From assembly GCA_024679065.1 (NCBI GenBank), contig JAGIQG010000021.1, positions 25,110,001 through 25,174,000 on the forward strand: DNA of 64,000 nt. Direction: 5' to 3'. Below, piece by piece: positions 12,228 through 23,350 of the stretch. The stretch comes from Sphyrna mokarran. Lineage: Eukaryota. A program made the position numbers and the translations under genes. The notes beneath the pieces are model-generated. The model saw only the letters and a program-made list of their open reading frames with translations, had not been told where the DNA came from and made no database searches. Positions within the stretch are counted from its first letter, which is position 1, and every line of letters begins with the position of its first letter.

Positions 12228-13160
12228 AGAACAAAGAACAATACAACACAGGAACAGGCCGTTTGGTCCACCAGCCTGCACTGACTGATACGTGGGTTCT
12301 AACCCTCTGTTCGCCTCTCGTTCATGTGTCTATCAAGATTCACCTTGAATGAAGCTCATATGCCTGTTTCCATCACCTCCACTGGCAGTGCATTCCAGGC
12401 ATCCACCACCATCTCAGTGAAATACCTTCCCCGCACATCTTCCCTAAACTTACCACCTCTTAAATCTGTTTCCTCTTGTAGTTGATCTTTCCATCGTGGG
12501 AAAAAGCTTTGGCTATCCATCCTATCAATAATAAAAAAATTCTCTCTTAATTTTGTAGACCTTACCATGTTGCCCCTCAGCTTCAGTCTTTCCAGGGAAA
12601 ACAATCCAAGTTTACAGAAGTCCTCGAGTACAGAAGGAGGCTATTTGACCCATCGAGTCTGTACTGACCACAATCCTCCCCAGGTTCTATTCCCATAACT
12701 CCCCACATTTACCCTGCTAACCTTCTGACACTGGGGTCAATTTCGCATGGTCAATCAACCTAACCCACACATTTTTGGACTGTGGGAGGAAACTGGAGCA
12801 CCCAGAGAAAACTCATGCAGATATGGGGAAAAAGTGCAAACTCCACACAGATAGTGACCTGAGGCCAGAATTGAGCCTGCATCTCTGGCTCTGTGAGGTA
12901 GCAGTATTAACCATTGTGCCATCATACCACTTCTCCTCATACCTAAAACCCTCCATACCAGGCAACGTCCGGATAAACCTTATTGCACCCTCTCCAAAGC
13001 ATCCATCTCGTAGTGTGGTGAGCAGAACTACACAACATACCAAATGTGACCTAACTAAAGTTTTATACAGCTGTAACAAAGCTTGCTAACTTTTATACTC
13101 AGTGCCCTGGCCGGTGAAGGCAGAGTGCTGTATGCTTTCTTGACCACATAATCTATCTGT
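12228..13160 (-). mobile_element. CR1 3' fragment containing a nested HE1-type SINE (about 12615-12928, minus strand)
   Basis: MLQLYKTLVRSHL and FSLERLKLRG, with a (GAACAAA)n tail at about 12228. The SINE head, V-domain and tail are all on the minus strand. Confidence 0.85.
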
Positions 13161-13231
13161 AAATTGGTGCACACTTTTCAGTTTCTTGGGAAATTAACTT
13201 TTTTAAGGTGTAAGAAAAATTAAAATGTGCC

Positions 13232-14452
13232 CAAAGAACAAAGAACAAAACAGCATGGGAAACAGGCCCTTCGGCCCAACAAGCCCGCGCCGCCACCCCG
13301 ATGTTCCCACCTCTACCCGTGATCCCTGTCTATGTTTATAGATCTATGGATTAAAAACCAAATTTGAGACAATTTACGGAGAATTTGTTTTCCCAATTAG
13401 CCTAAGAGCACACCTTTGGGATGTGGGAGGAAACCGGAGCACCCAGAGAAAACCCACACAAGCACGGGGAGAATGCGCAAACTCCTATAGACACAGGCCC
13501 AAATCCATGTGTCTGCACAGCACAGCGATAGTCACTGAGCGATCGTGTTGCCCATCACATGGTCCAGGTCAAGGTACACTAACGACGTGAAGCACTAGGA
13601 TACTCTCAAAAAATCCAAGAGCAGCCCTCTCACGACCCATCGCGTGTATGCCCTTGTTAGACAACAAGGTGGACCAAAGCACCTGTAGGATAAAAACAAA
13701 TACATCAATATCATCATCTATTTACACACTTCCCAGGGACTCCCAAAGCTCATGATCCCTTTTTTAAATCAGTTTTCTATACCCCTCCATTCCCATTCTG
13801 TTCATGTGCCCACCTAAGTATTTCTTAAATAACTCCAGAGTGCCTGCTTCCACCACTTTACTTGGCAGTGCATTCCATACCCCCACCACCCTCTGTGTGA
13901 AAAAACTCCCTCTAGCATCCAAATTATACCTTACCCGCCCTCACCCTAAGCCCGTGAACCCTCGTGCTATTCGAGTCCATCCTAGGAAAAAACTTAACCC
14001 TGTTTACTCTATCTATACTCCTCATAATCTTGTACACCTCTATTAGATTTCCTCTAAGTCTACGTCTTTCTAAGGAAAAGAGTCCCAATTTGCCTAACCA
14101 CTCCTCGTAACTCAGACCTTCCATACCAGGCAGCATCCTGGTAAACCTCCTCTGCACTCTCTCCAGAGTCTCCATGTAGTAAGGCAACCAGAACTGGACG
14201 CAATATTCCAAATGAGGTCTAACCAACATTTTATACAACTGCAACATTAAAGGCCAGCTCTTGTATTCTATACCCCTTCCTATAAAGGCTAGCATACTAT
14301 ATGCTTTCCTCACAACCTTCTCCACTTGCTCTGCCACCTTCAGAGACTTGTGCACCTGCACTCCCAGGTCCCTCTGCGTTTCTATAGTCTTAATAGGTCT
14401 ACCTTTATCATATACCTCCCCTCTACATTCTTTCTCCCAAAATGCGTCACCT
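13232..14452 (-). mobile_element. Young CR1 with extended composite 3'UTR (copy 1, 5'-truncated)
   Basis: ORF 13924..14505 encodes the CR1 ORF2 C-terminus; the element is a near-identical reverse complement of 18776-20016. Confidence 0.93.
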
Positions 14453-14855
14453 AAAACAAGGTCAATTTGAAGATGCTCCTTAGGCTGGAAACTTGCAATT
14501 CTCAATGTTCCATTGTGGGAATGTGGTCAGTTTTATGCATAGGGTTGGCTTTGGGCATAGTGACTCTTAAACCAGTGTTAAAGATCTCAAAAACTGGATT
14601 CACCCTGCATATCAATGATACATGATCTTCCCTGACCTTTTGCACAGTTTCAACCACCTTAATCTGTATTTTGCTGATAAAAATCAACGGAAGTTCTACT
14701 CCGAGAAGACATCAAAACAGAAGCGGGTTTAATAAGCAAGTAGTTTACTAATGCCAGATCAACCCAGTGTTATTTCGCTGTCTATGATTACCAAAGTATG
14801 TTCTGCTTTGTATACTGATCTTGTCATTTTCCATTATCACTAATAAAGAAAATAT

Positions 14856-15192
14856 TGGCATTTATGTGGCATCTCTCCTGACCTCTGAGCATCCCAAAGC
14901 ACTTTATAGACCATAAAGTACTTTTAAGTATAGTCACAGTTATAAAACACACAAACCAATTTCAACACATTCTCGCTCCACCAATCTTAATTAAGTAAAT
15001 GACCAGATCAGTTGTTTTTAGGCATTGGTTGAGATATATATGTAGAAAAATCCCAAATTCTTATCAAAATAGTATTGTTAAGATTATCACCTATTTGAGA
15101 GGACAGAGTGGGTTTCAGTTTCATGTTTCATCGTAAAACCACATCTTTAAGTGTATAGGAGTCCCTCAGTACAGCAAAGTATAAGCCTAGAC
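14856..15192 (-). mobile_element. Deu-domain SINE (SacSINE1/AmnSINE-like), old
   Basis: catcccaaagcacttta...aagtacttttaagtatagtcac...aatgaccagat...ccctcagtacagc...agcctaga resembles the recalled reverse Deu-SINE consensus. Confidence 0.6.
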
Positions 15193-15260
15193 CTGACAAA
15201 GTGTTCCAAAACCTTGTGGTTTCAAATAAATCTGTTGGACTATAACCTAGTGTTGTGTGA
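15192..15260 (+). mobile_element. Penelope-type terminal repeat relic with degenerate hammerhead core
   Basis: ctgacaaag..ccaaaacc..caaataaatctgttggactataacctagtgttgtgtga; a second fragment lies on the minus strand at about 5033-5057. Confidence 0.5.
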
Positions 15261-15299
15261 GGGATGTTATAGGTATCTTGTCTCTATACCTATAACATC

Positions 15300-15525
15300 C
15301 CTTAACCCCAGATATCCATGATATCCATTCTCTTCCAATTCTGGCTCTAAATCGTCGAATTCCTTTTCCCTCAATTTTTTGGTCCTCCTTTAAGACACTC
15401 CTTAATCCTGCTCTTTTGACCTGACTTTTGGTGATCTATCCTCATATCCCTTACATGGATTGACACTATGTTGTGGGGGTGTTTTATTATGTTAAAGGTG
15501 ATACATAAATCCAAATAATTGAAAT
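15300..15525 (+). mobile_element. L2-type LINE 3' end, old
   Basis: cctcctttaagacactccttaa..cttttgacc..ttttggt and tail tgttttattatgttaaaggtg..ataaat. Confidence 0.55.
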
Positions 15526-15938
15526 TTAAGGTTCTCTGCCCTCTATCTGTCTCTTGTTGGGACTGCAAGTGACTATTTTCCTTACTCACTGAACAATATA
15601 TTTCCTTTCTGCTTGCAATAAGGTGAAGTTAAGTGTTATTAAATACTCTAAGTATTAATGGCATGTGTGATTGATCCTTCTAGTATCCAGCAGTTTATAA
15701 ATGTTTGTGAAATATGTTTAAGGGTCAATATATATTGGCTTTTCCATTATGTACTATTAAATATTTTAAGATAGAATCTATGCTGCCTTTGATTTACCAC
15801 AATGAGTATTAAAAAGAGAAAAATTATCCCAGGTTCATTCCTGATCATTGTTTAAAGACTTATACTAAAAATATGTAAGGGTGGTGAAGTCAAAATTGGG
15901 TTCAGCTTACTTTGAACCTGCATTATTAGGCAACACTT

Positions 15939-16203
15939 TAAAGTTAAAATTTATTTATTAGTCACAAATAAAGCTAACATTAACACTGCAGTGAAGTTAC
16001 TGTTTGCCACATTCCGGTACCAGTTTGGGTCAATGCTCCTAACTGGCACGTTTTTCAGATTGTGGGAGGAAACCTGAATACCCAGCGGAAACCCACGCAG
16101 ACATGGGCTAGGATGTGGAAACTCCACAGAATAGACTGTGACCCAAGCCAGGAATCGAACCCAGGTCCTTGATGCTGTGAGGCAGCAGTGCTAACCACTG
16201 TGC
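15939..16203 (-). mobile_element. Type-2 V-SINE
   Basis: tttatttattagtcacaa..cattaacactgcagtgaagttac..ggaatcgaacccagg..gcagcagtgctaaccactgtg. Confidence 0.85.
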
Positions 16204-18128
16204 ATTTTAGGATAAAACTTTTTTTAATGTAAACTTTGCTTTAAAAATATCCTGTGAGCAGAAACTTAGAGCAATTGAATTAATACAGTTGGATTTAATC
16301 ACAAAAATAAGTATTCTAAACAACTTATCTGTCCACAATCTCTGAGTAATCCAATTCTGAGTAATGCAAGATGACTTCTAAAAATATATAGAAATCATTT
16401 GCTTGTCATATTGATGTGCAATAATCAGTTTAATAGTAAAGCAAAAATAAAATCATGGCCAAATATTTTGAAAAAGTCTATTATTGTTCTTGTGCCTAAA
16501 AAGAAATCTTAATTTTAGAGCTTCCTTAAAGATCCTTAAACGAACAGAATTAGGGAAAATTGCATTGATGTTCAATTTGACCAGAAAACATCGCCAGCTT
16601 TGTGGTTGGACCATCTTTTCTTGCGATTCCATTTAATTCAATAGATCACAGAGCCTCAATTTGTGTGAAAATTCCACAATCTTTTGATCTGCTTATGCTG
16701 ATTTCAGGTGAGTTGCACCCAACAAGTCAACACAACTGAGTGAAAGTGCCAAGCCTTAATGTTGAAATGCTTGTTGAATTGCGTAGGGTTTCTTCTAACT
16801 CTAGCCCTATTTTATTCATGGCATCACTTTTCATTATGTTAGCTCACTCCATGTTACCATATGATGAAATCAATGTTGAAATGTTGATCTTCTGGTCAGG
16901 CATTTCCAGGAAGGAGCAACATTCACGCACAGCACTGGTTGGGGAATTGCCTCAGTTTCCTAACTACATAAATGACTAGATAGAAAATCAGGAGTTGTGG
17001 ATCCAAGTTTAACCAATCAGAATTCTGAATGAGCTTTGCCACTCACATCCAAGTACTTGACTGGAGAAGGAACTGAATGATATAATCTTTATATTTTATA
17101 GTTGGAAATAGTATGGACTGAGTATGTTACTCTGCTTTCCATAGCACTGATACATTGGTGACTTGAGATATTGTCATAAACCAAAAGAGCTAAAACTGAA
17201 GTGCTGTCGCAGCATTACTACCAGAAAATAGCACAGCTGAGTGTTTCTTTATAACAGCTACAGGATTCTCCCATTTAAAGTTAATTTGTTGGAAGCTATT
17301 CATCCTTAGATTTGAAAATTAGATCGCTAACTTCCACACCTTTTGTCTAAGTGATTTTTCAATATTTTCCCTCAATGATTTTCACTCGACTTGGCCAACT
17401 TTGATTTACTTCACTAAGGAAAGAAAAATCTCATTTTATAAGCCGCAAGCTTGGATGAAGATGATGTTCAAAAGAACAATATTATAATTGTTACAGCAAA
17501 TTATTGTAAAAGTAGAGAACTTTAGCAGTAACATTGAGGGTTTGGAATATTGCCAAAAGCATGAAGGGCCTTCAGTTACTTAAATAGAAAATTCAGAGGA
17601 GAATAAAGTTTTAAACCCTACTGGGCAGAATATTGTCCTCTTGACTATTGGAATGTGATCATTTTAATATATCGACACACTCTTAGGCCTTTTATCCATT
17701 ACCAATTGGAGAAAAAAAACTCAGAATTCAAAATCCCCCAATCAAATTCAGCATATGTTTGAAGCATTTGTGTTTTTAATCTTACTGTACTTAGTGCAAT
17801 CACTTGGTGGTTAGCTACTAATGTAACACACCCAACATGTGGCATTTCTTCCTCTATATGCACAGTGCACAGGGTGATCTTGCTGCAAGTTATGATATTG
17901 TGCAAAATGTTATATCAGCACAGTAACTAGTAATTGAACTTTTAGCTTCCATATTGTATGAAAGCATGGGTGCAGTGAAACTGAGAAATATCAGCACTTT
18001 AGATAGTTTTAGATATGCTTCTATTTCTTTCTTTACTTAATTCAATTTTGTTTATGAGGACCTGTCTTAATAATAGCGCAACAATATCAGGCTTGGTTAA
18101 TGAAATGTGCAATGTTGACTTGTATCAG

Positions 18129-20016
18129 GAATGTTGTACCGTTGTTTAAAATGGGTAGTAGGGATAACCCTGGAAATTATAGGCTGGTGAGTTTGACGTC
18201 AGTGGTAGGGAAGATGTTGGAGGGGATTCTTAGAGATAGGATGTATAGGCACTTAGAGCGTTGCGGTCTGATTAGGGATACGCAGCATGGCTTTGTTAAG
18301 GGGAGGTCGTGCCTTATGAATCTGGTAGAATTTTTTGAGGAGGTGACGAAAACGGTGGATGAAGGGCAAGCCGTTGATATCGTCTATATGGATTTCAGTA
18401 ACACGTTTGACAAAGTCCCTCATAGGAGGTTAGTTGAGAAGGTCAAGGCAAATGGGATACAAGGACAGGGTAGCTCGATGGATAAGTAACTGGCTTAGTA
18501 ATTGGAGACAGGGAGTAATAGTGGAAAGGTGTTTTTCTAGCTGGAAGTCCGTCACTAGTGGTGTGCCGTAGGGCTCAGTACTGGGACCTCTTCTATTTGT
18601 AATATATATAAATGACTTGGAAGAGGGAGTAAGTGGAGTGATCAGCAAGTTTGCAAACGATACAAAGATGGCTGGACTTGCGGATAGTGAGGAGCATTGT
18701 CAGGCGATGCAGCAGGACATAGGCTGGTAGCTTGGGCAGACAGATGGCAGATGGAATTCAATCCTGATAAATGTGAGGTGATGCATTTCGGGAGAAAGAA
18801 TGTAGAGGGGAGGTATATGATAAAGGGTAGACTTATTAAGAGTATAGAAACACAGAGGGACCTGGGGGTGCAGGTGCACAAGTCTCTGAAGGTGGCAGAG
18901 CAGGTGGAGAAGGTTGTGAAGAGAGCATATAGTCTGCTAGCCTTTATAGGAAGGGGTATAGAGTACAAGAGCTGGCCTTTAATGTTGCAGTTGTATAAAA
19001 CGTTGATTCGACCTCATTTGGAATATTGTGTCCAGTTCTGGTCTCCTTACTATTGGAAGGACGTGAAGACTCTGGAGAGAGTGCAGAGGAGGTTTACCAG
19101 GATGCTGCCTGGTATGGAAGGTTTGAGTTACGAGGAGAGGTTCAGCAAATTGGGACAGTTATCCTTGGACAGACGTAGACTTAGAGGAGATCTAATAGAG
19201 GTGTACAAGATTATGAGGGGTATAGATAGAGTAAACAGGGTTAAACGTTTTCCTAGGATGGAATCAAATAGCACAAGGGGTCACAGGCTTAGGGTGAGGG
19301 GGGTAAGGTATAATTTGGATGCTAGAGGGAGTTTTTTCACATAGAGGGTGGTGGTGGTATGGGATGCGCTGCCAAGTAAAGTGGTGGAGGCAGGCACTCT
19401 GAAGTTATTTAAGAAATACTTAGGTGGGCACATGAACAGAATGGGAATGGAGGGGTATAGAAAACTGATTTAAAATAGGGATCATGAGCCTTGGGAGTCC
19501 CTGGGAAGTGTGTAAATAGATGATGATATTGATGTACTTGTTTTTATCTTACAGGTGCTTTGGTCCACCTTGTTGTCTAATAAGGGGCATACACGCGATG
19601 GGTCGTGAGAGGGCTGCTCTTGAATTTTTCGAGAGTATCCTAGTGCTTCACGTCGTTAGTGTACGCTTGACCTGGACCATTTGATGGGCAACACGACAGC
19701 TCAGTGACTATCGCTGTGCTGTGCAGATACATGGATTTGGGCCTGTGTCTGTGGGAGTTTGCGTATTCTCCCCGTGCTTGCGTGGGTTTTCTCCGGGTGC
19801 TCCGGTTTCCTCCCACATCCCAAAGATGTGCTCTTTGGCTAATTGGCAAAACAAATTCTCCGTAAATTGTCTCAAATTTGGTTTTTAATCCATAGATCTA
19901 TAAACATAGACAGGGATCACGGGTAGAGGTGGGAACATCGGGGTGGCGGCGCGGGCTTGTTGGGCCGAAGGGCCTGTTTCCTGTGCTGTTTTGTTCTTTA
20001 TTCTTTGTTCTTTGTT
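18129..20016 (+). mobile_element. Young CR1 with extended composite 3'UTR (copy 2); ORF2 ends at TAA 19471-19473
   Basis: ORFs 18100-18489 and 18697-19344 carry RT motifs (catalytic motif FAND). The C-terminus FKKYLGGHMNRMGMEGYRKLI* is followed by a UTR of about 540 nt ending in (TTCTTTG)n. Confidence 0.95.
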
Positions 20017-20441
20017 AAGTGTGAGGTTAAACCAATCCATAGACAAATTAAACTGTACTTTGTAAAATTTATTCATTAAAGTGGTGGTTTAACACAATGT
20101 CATCAGCTGCTCAAAAACCAGTGACCTACACATTCTTTGTTAGAAACTATCTTATTAGAATCAGAGTTGCAATAATCCTACAAACGTTACATTATCTAAA
20201 CTGACATTATTCATACTTTTGATATGAACCTTCATGCTGATCATATATTTTAAATTTTGATTACCTTCTATCTAATCCAATACTTAGTGCGTGAATAAGA
20301 TGAAGACTATAAAAGTACTACACAAGAACTGCATTAAGTAAAGTCAGTGCTGTCTCGCACAAGTTCCTGTGTTTGCTGTCTGTGTTGGCTCCCAGTCTGG
20401 CAACGTCTTAAATTTAAGTTCAGTTCTCCCCAGGATCACAT

Positions 20442-20727
20442 GGGCAACAAAGTGGCACAATGGTTTGCATTGCTGCTTCACAGTGCTTGGGACCTGGGTT
20501 CAATTCCTAGCCTGGGTCACAGTCTGTGTGGAGATTGCACATTTTCTCCATGTCTGTATGGGTTTCCTCTGGATGCTCCAGTTTTCTTTCATGGTCTGTA
20601 GGACATGCTGTTTAGTGCATTGACCTGAACAGATGCGGGAATGTGGCAATTTAGGAGAATTTCACAATAACTTCATTGCAGTGTTAATGTAAGCATTACT
20701 TATGACTAATAAATATACTTTACTTAC
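20442..20727 (+). mobile_element. Type-2 V-SINE
   Basis: tRNA head, V-domain and the aacttcattgcagtgttaatgtaagc..tgactaataaat tail. Confidence 0.85.
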
Positions 20728-21202
20728 TCCAGTTTCCCTAGCCTGAGGTCTCTGTGCACCTCTATTTTTATCATTACACCATTGACAAAGGAGAATATTG
20801 GAGGGAAGTGGACAAGGAGAGAAGAAAATTAGAGTCAAGATAAGAAGAAATTAGTCCCTTAGGGCTGGAAGAGGTTATAATGATGGCCTGCAGCCTACTA
20901 GGATGGTGCTGTTTATGGACCTTGGAAAGGAGGAGAAGTGAACTGGATATGATTGAGGACTATTAAGTGACACTTTAGAAAAAAATGGCTTGATGTTTGG
21001 TGGTGGGATTGTAGTTAAGGGAAGTAGAAAGAGATGCCAGAGAGCAGCATTCAGTCATTGCAAAGTAGAAAAGTAATGGTTAACAGATTTAATGACAATA
21101 TTAAGGTTGTACCTGAGACAATGGAGTTCACAGCAAATTCAGAGATAAAGTGTTAAGGACAAAGTAGTGAAATTGAGAAAGCCAATTCATTCTGGCAATA
21201 TG

Positions 21203-21510
21203 GTCGGCATGGTGGCACATTGGTTAGCAGTGCTGCCTCAGAACGCCAGGGACCAGATTCATTTCCGGGCTTGGGTCATTGTATGGAGTTTGCACATTCT
21301 CCAGGTGCTCTAGTTTCCTCCTATGGTCTAAAAAATGTGCGAGTTAGGTTGATTGACCATGCTAAATTAACCCTAGTGTCAGGGGGATTAGTCGGGTAAA
21401 TATTAGGGGTTATGTGAATTGGGCCTGGATGGGATTTTGGGAGTTTTCAGCAGACTCAATGGGCTGAATGGCCTCTTTCTGCACTGTAGGAATTTTATTC
21501 TATGATTCCA
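21203..21510 (+). mobile_element. HE1-type V-SINE with CR1-like tail, inserted into old GA-rich (probably L2, minus strand) sequence
   Basis: ggtggcacattggttagcagtgctgcctcag...gggctgaatggcctctttctgcactgtagg..ttctatgattc. Confidence 0.8.
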
Positions 21511-21770
21511 ATGAAAAGATCAAGAGACAGTGAGAGGCCAAACAGAGGAATAAAGTGGAATGAGAATTCAAGAGATGGGAGAAAGCGTGAAGCCTCATGG
21601 TCAAAGAAGTGGGTATGGAAGTGAAAGTAGAAGATCTCAATTATGTCAAGCTCAAAATTCATTACGGCAGCATGTGAGGGAATGAAGCTGAGGCCTTTGT
21701 AATGGACTAATCATTTGGATTAGAGAGCAGAAAACCATAGGTTATAGTGAAAGCATTAGAATTTGGCAAA

Positions 21771-22146
21771 TTTTTTTCTATTCATTCATGGGACCTGGGT
21801 ATTGCTGGCTGGCCAACATTTATTGCCCAACCCTAGTTGCCCTTGTACTGAGTGGCTTGCTAGGCCATTTTGGAGGACAATTGAGAGTCAACTACATTTG
21901 CTGTGGCTCTGGAGTCATATGTAGACCAGGCCAAGTAAGTACAGATTTCTTTCCCTAAAAGAACATTAGTCAACCAGATGGGTTTTTATGATAATCGACA
22001 ATGGTCATCGGTAGATTCTTAATTCCAGATATTCTTATTGAATTTAAAGTCTACTATCTGCTGTGACAGGATTCAAACCTGGATCAAGAACATTAGCTGA
22101 GTTTCTGGATTAATAGTCTAGCAATAATATCATTAATACTATCCCT
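21771..22146 (-). mobile_element. tRNA-derived SINE family C
   Basis: Near-complete copy; its tail is shared with LINE family B. Confidence 0.75.
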
Positions 22147-23031
22147 GTTGGAAGGAGGGATGGGGTCAGAAGAAGCTCTGTACGCTGCCTTGGGATGCTA
22201 TATTACATAAAAGGTGTCACATAAATACAAGGTTATTGAAGAAGAAATAGGATCAACAAGGGAATTGCTGTGTAAGAATTCTTCATGCCTCCCCCCCCCC
22301 GCCCCCTCATAAAGGAGAATCTCGCCTTATGCTCGTGGCAAATCAGAATACACCATGGTTATTCATTAGATGTAGTCAAATAGTGACTGTTGTCTTGATG
22401 ATGTTCAGTGAAGAATAATATTGCACAAAACTTAATCTTCTTATCAATGAATATTTCTATGTAAAATGTATTCAAAAACATGAAGTGCTTTTTAAGTGGT
22501 AGTGGAAAGTATAAAGACGGTCACGTGAGTTATCTGTTTGTAACATTGCAATCATCAGTAGTCCGTTTTCTGATGGATTATATCATCAGTGAGGCTCTTT
22601 TTTTATACTTGTAGCAATGTATAAAATCCTAAATGGTTTTTCATGCATGTTAAGACTACACAGGGTGCCTTGATTTGTATACAATGGACATACAAATCCC
22701 TTTACTCTGCTACAATTTGTCGCTTCTGATCACTGAGACACTATTCTGATTAATTTTTCTGAAATCCAAGGTGGATGAACTCAGCTGGAATTCTCTGCCT
22801 TCATTGTTGTGAACAGAGATTTGGATAAGTGCCAAATTCTCCATTCATGTTGGCAGCAGAGCATGCAAGACTGGCAAATTCTGGTCATCATTTTCCATAA
22901 CTTAACATATTCTGTCTCTTCATTTGTTATCCTTTCCTAATATCCAAGCAAATATTAAAAAACAAAATGAAGGAGTTATTTGATACAAATTGAATACGAC
23001 TAATTTAGGATGGTTCAGTAATCTGTGGGAC

Positions 23032-23350
23032 ATGATGGAGTAATGATAATGTCACTGGACTTGTAATCTAGAGACCTGGTCTATGGATTCAAATACATGT
23101 ATAAAAAATGTATAAAGATATGAAGACTATCATTAATTGTTGTAAAATTCCATCTGGTTCATTAATGGCCTTTAGGGAAGGAAATTCGTCATCCTTGCCT
23201 GGCCTACTTGTGACTCTGGACCCATAACAATGTGATTGTTGGCTTTTAACTGTCCTCCGAAATGACTTAGAATGACCACTCAGGATAGTTCAGAATGGGC
23301 AACTAATGTTAACCTTGCTAGCAATGTCCACATCTCATGAAAAGATAAGG
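23032..23350 (+). mobile_element. tRNA-derived SINE family C
   Basis: catctggttcattaatggcctttagggaaggaaatt..gtgactctggacccataacaatgtg..gggcaactaatgtt..ccacatctcatgaa. Confidence 0.7.

Noticed and set aside
19518-19560. C/D-box snoRNA suggested by ATGATGA
   Set aside because: There is no appropriately placed CTGA D box or terminal stem.
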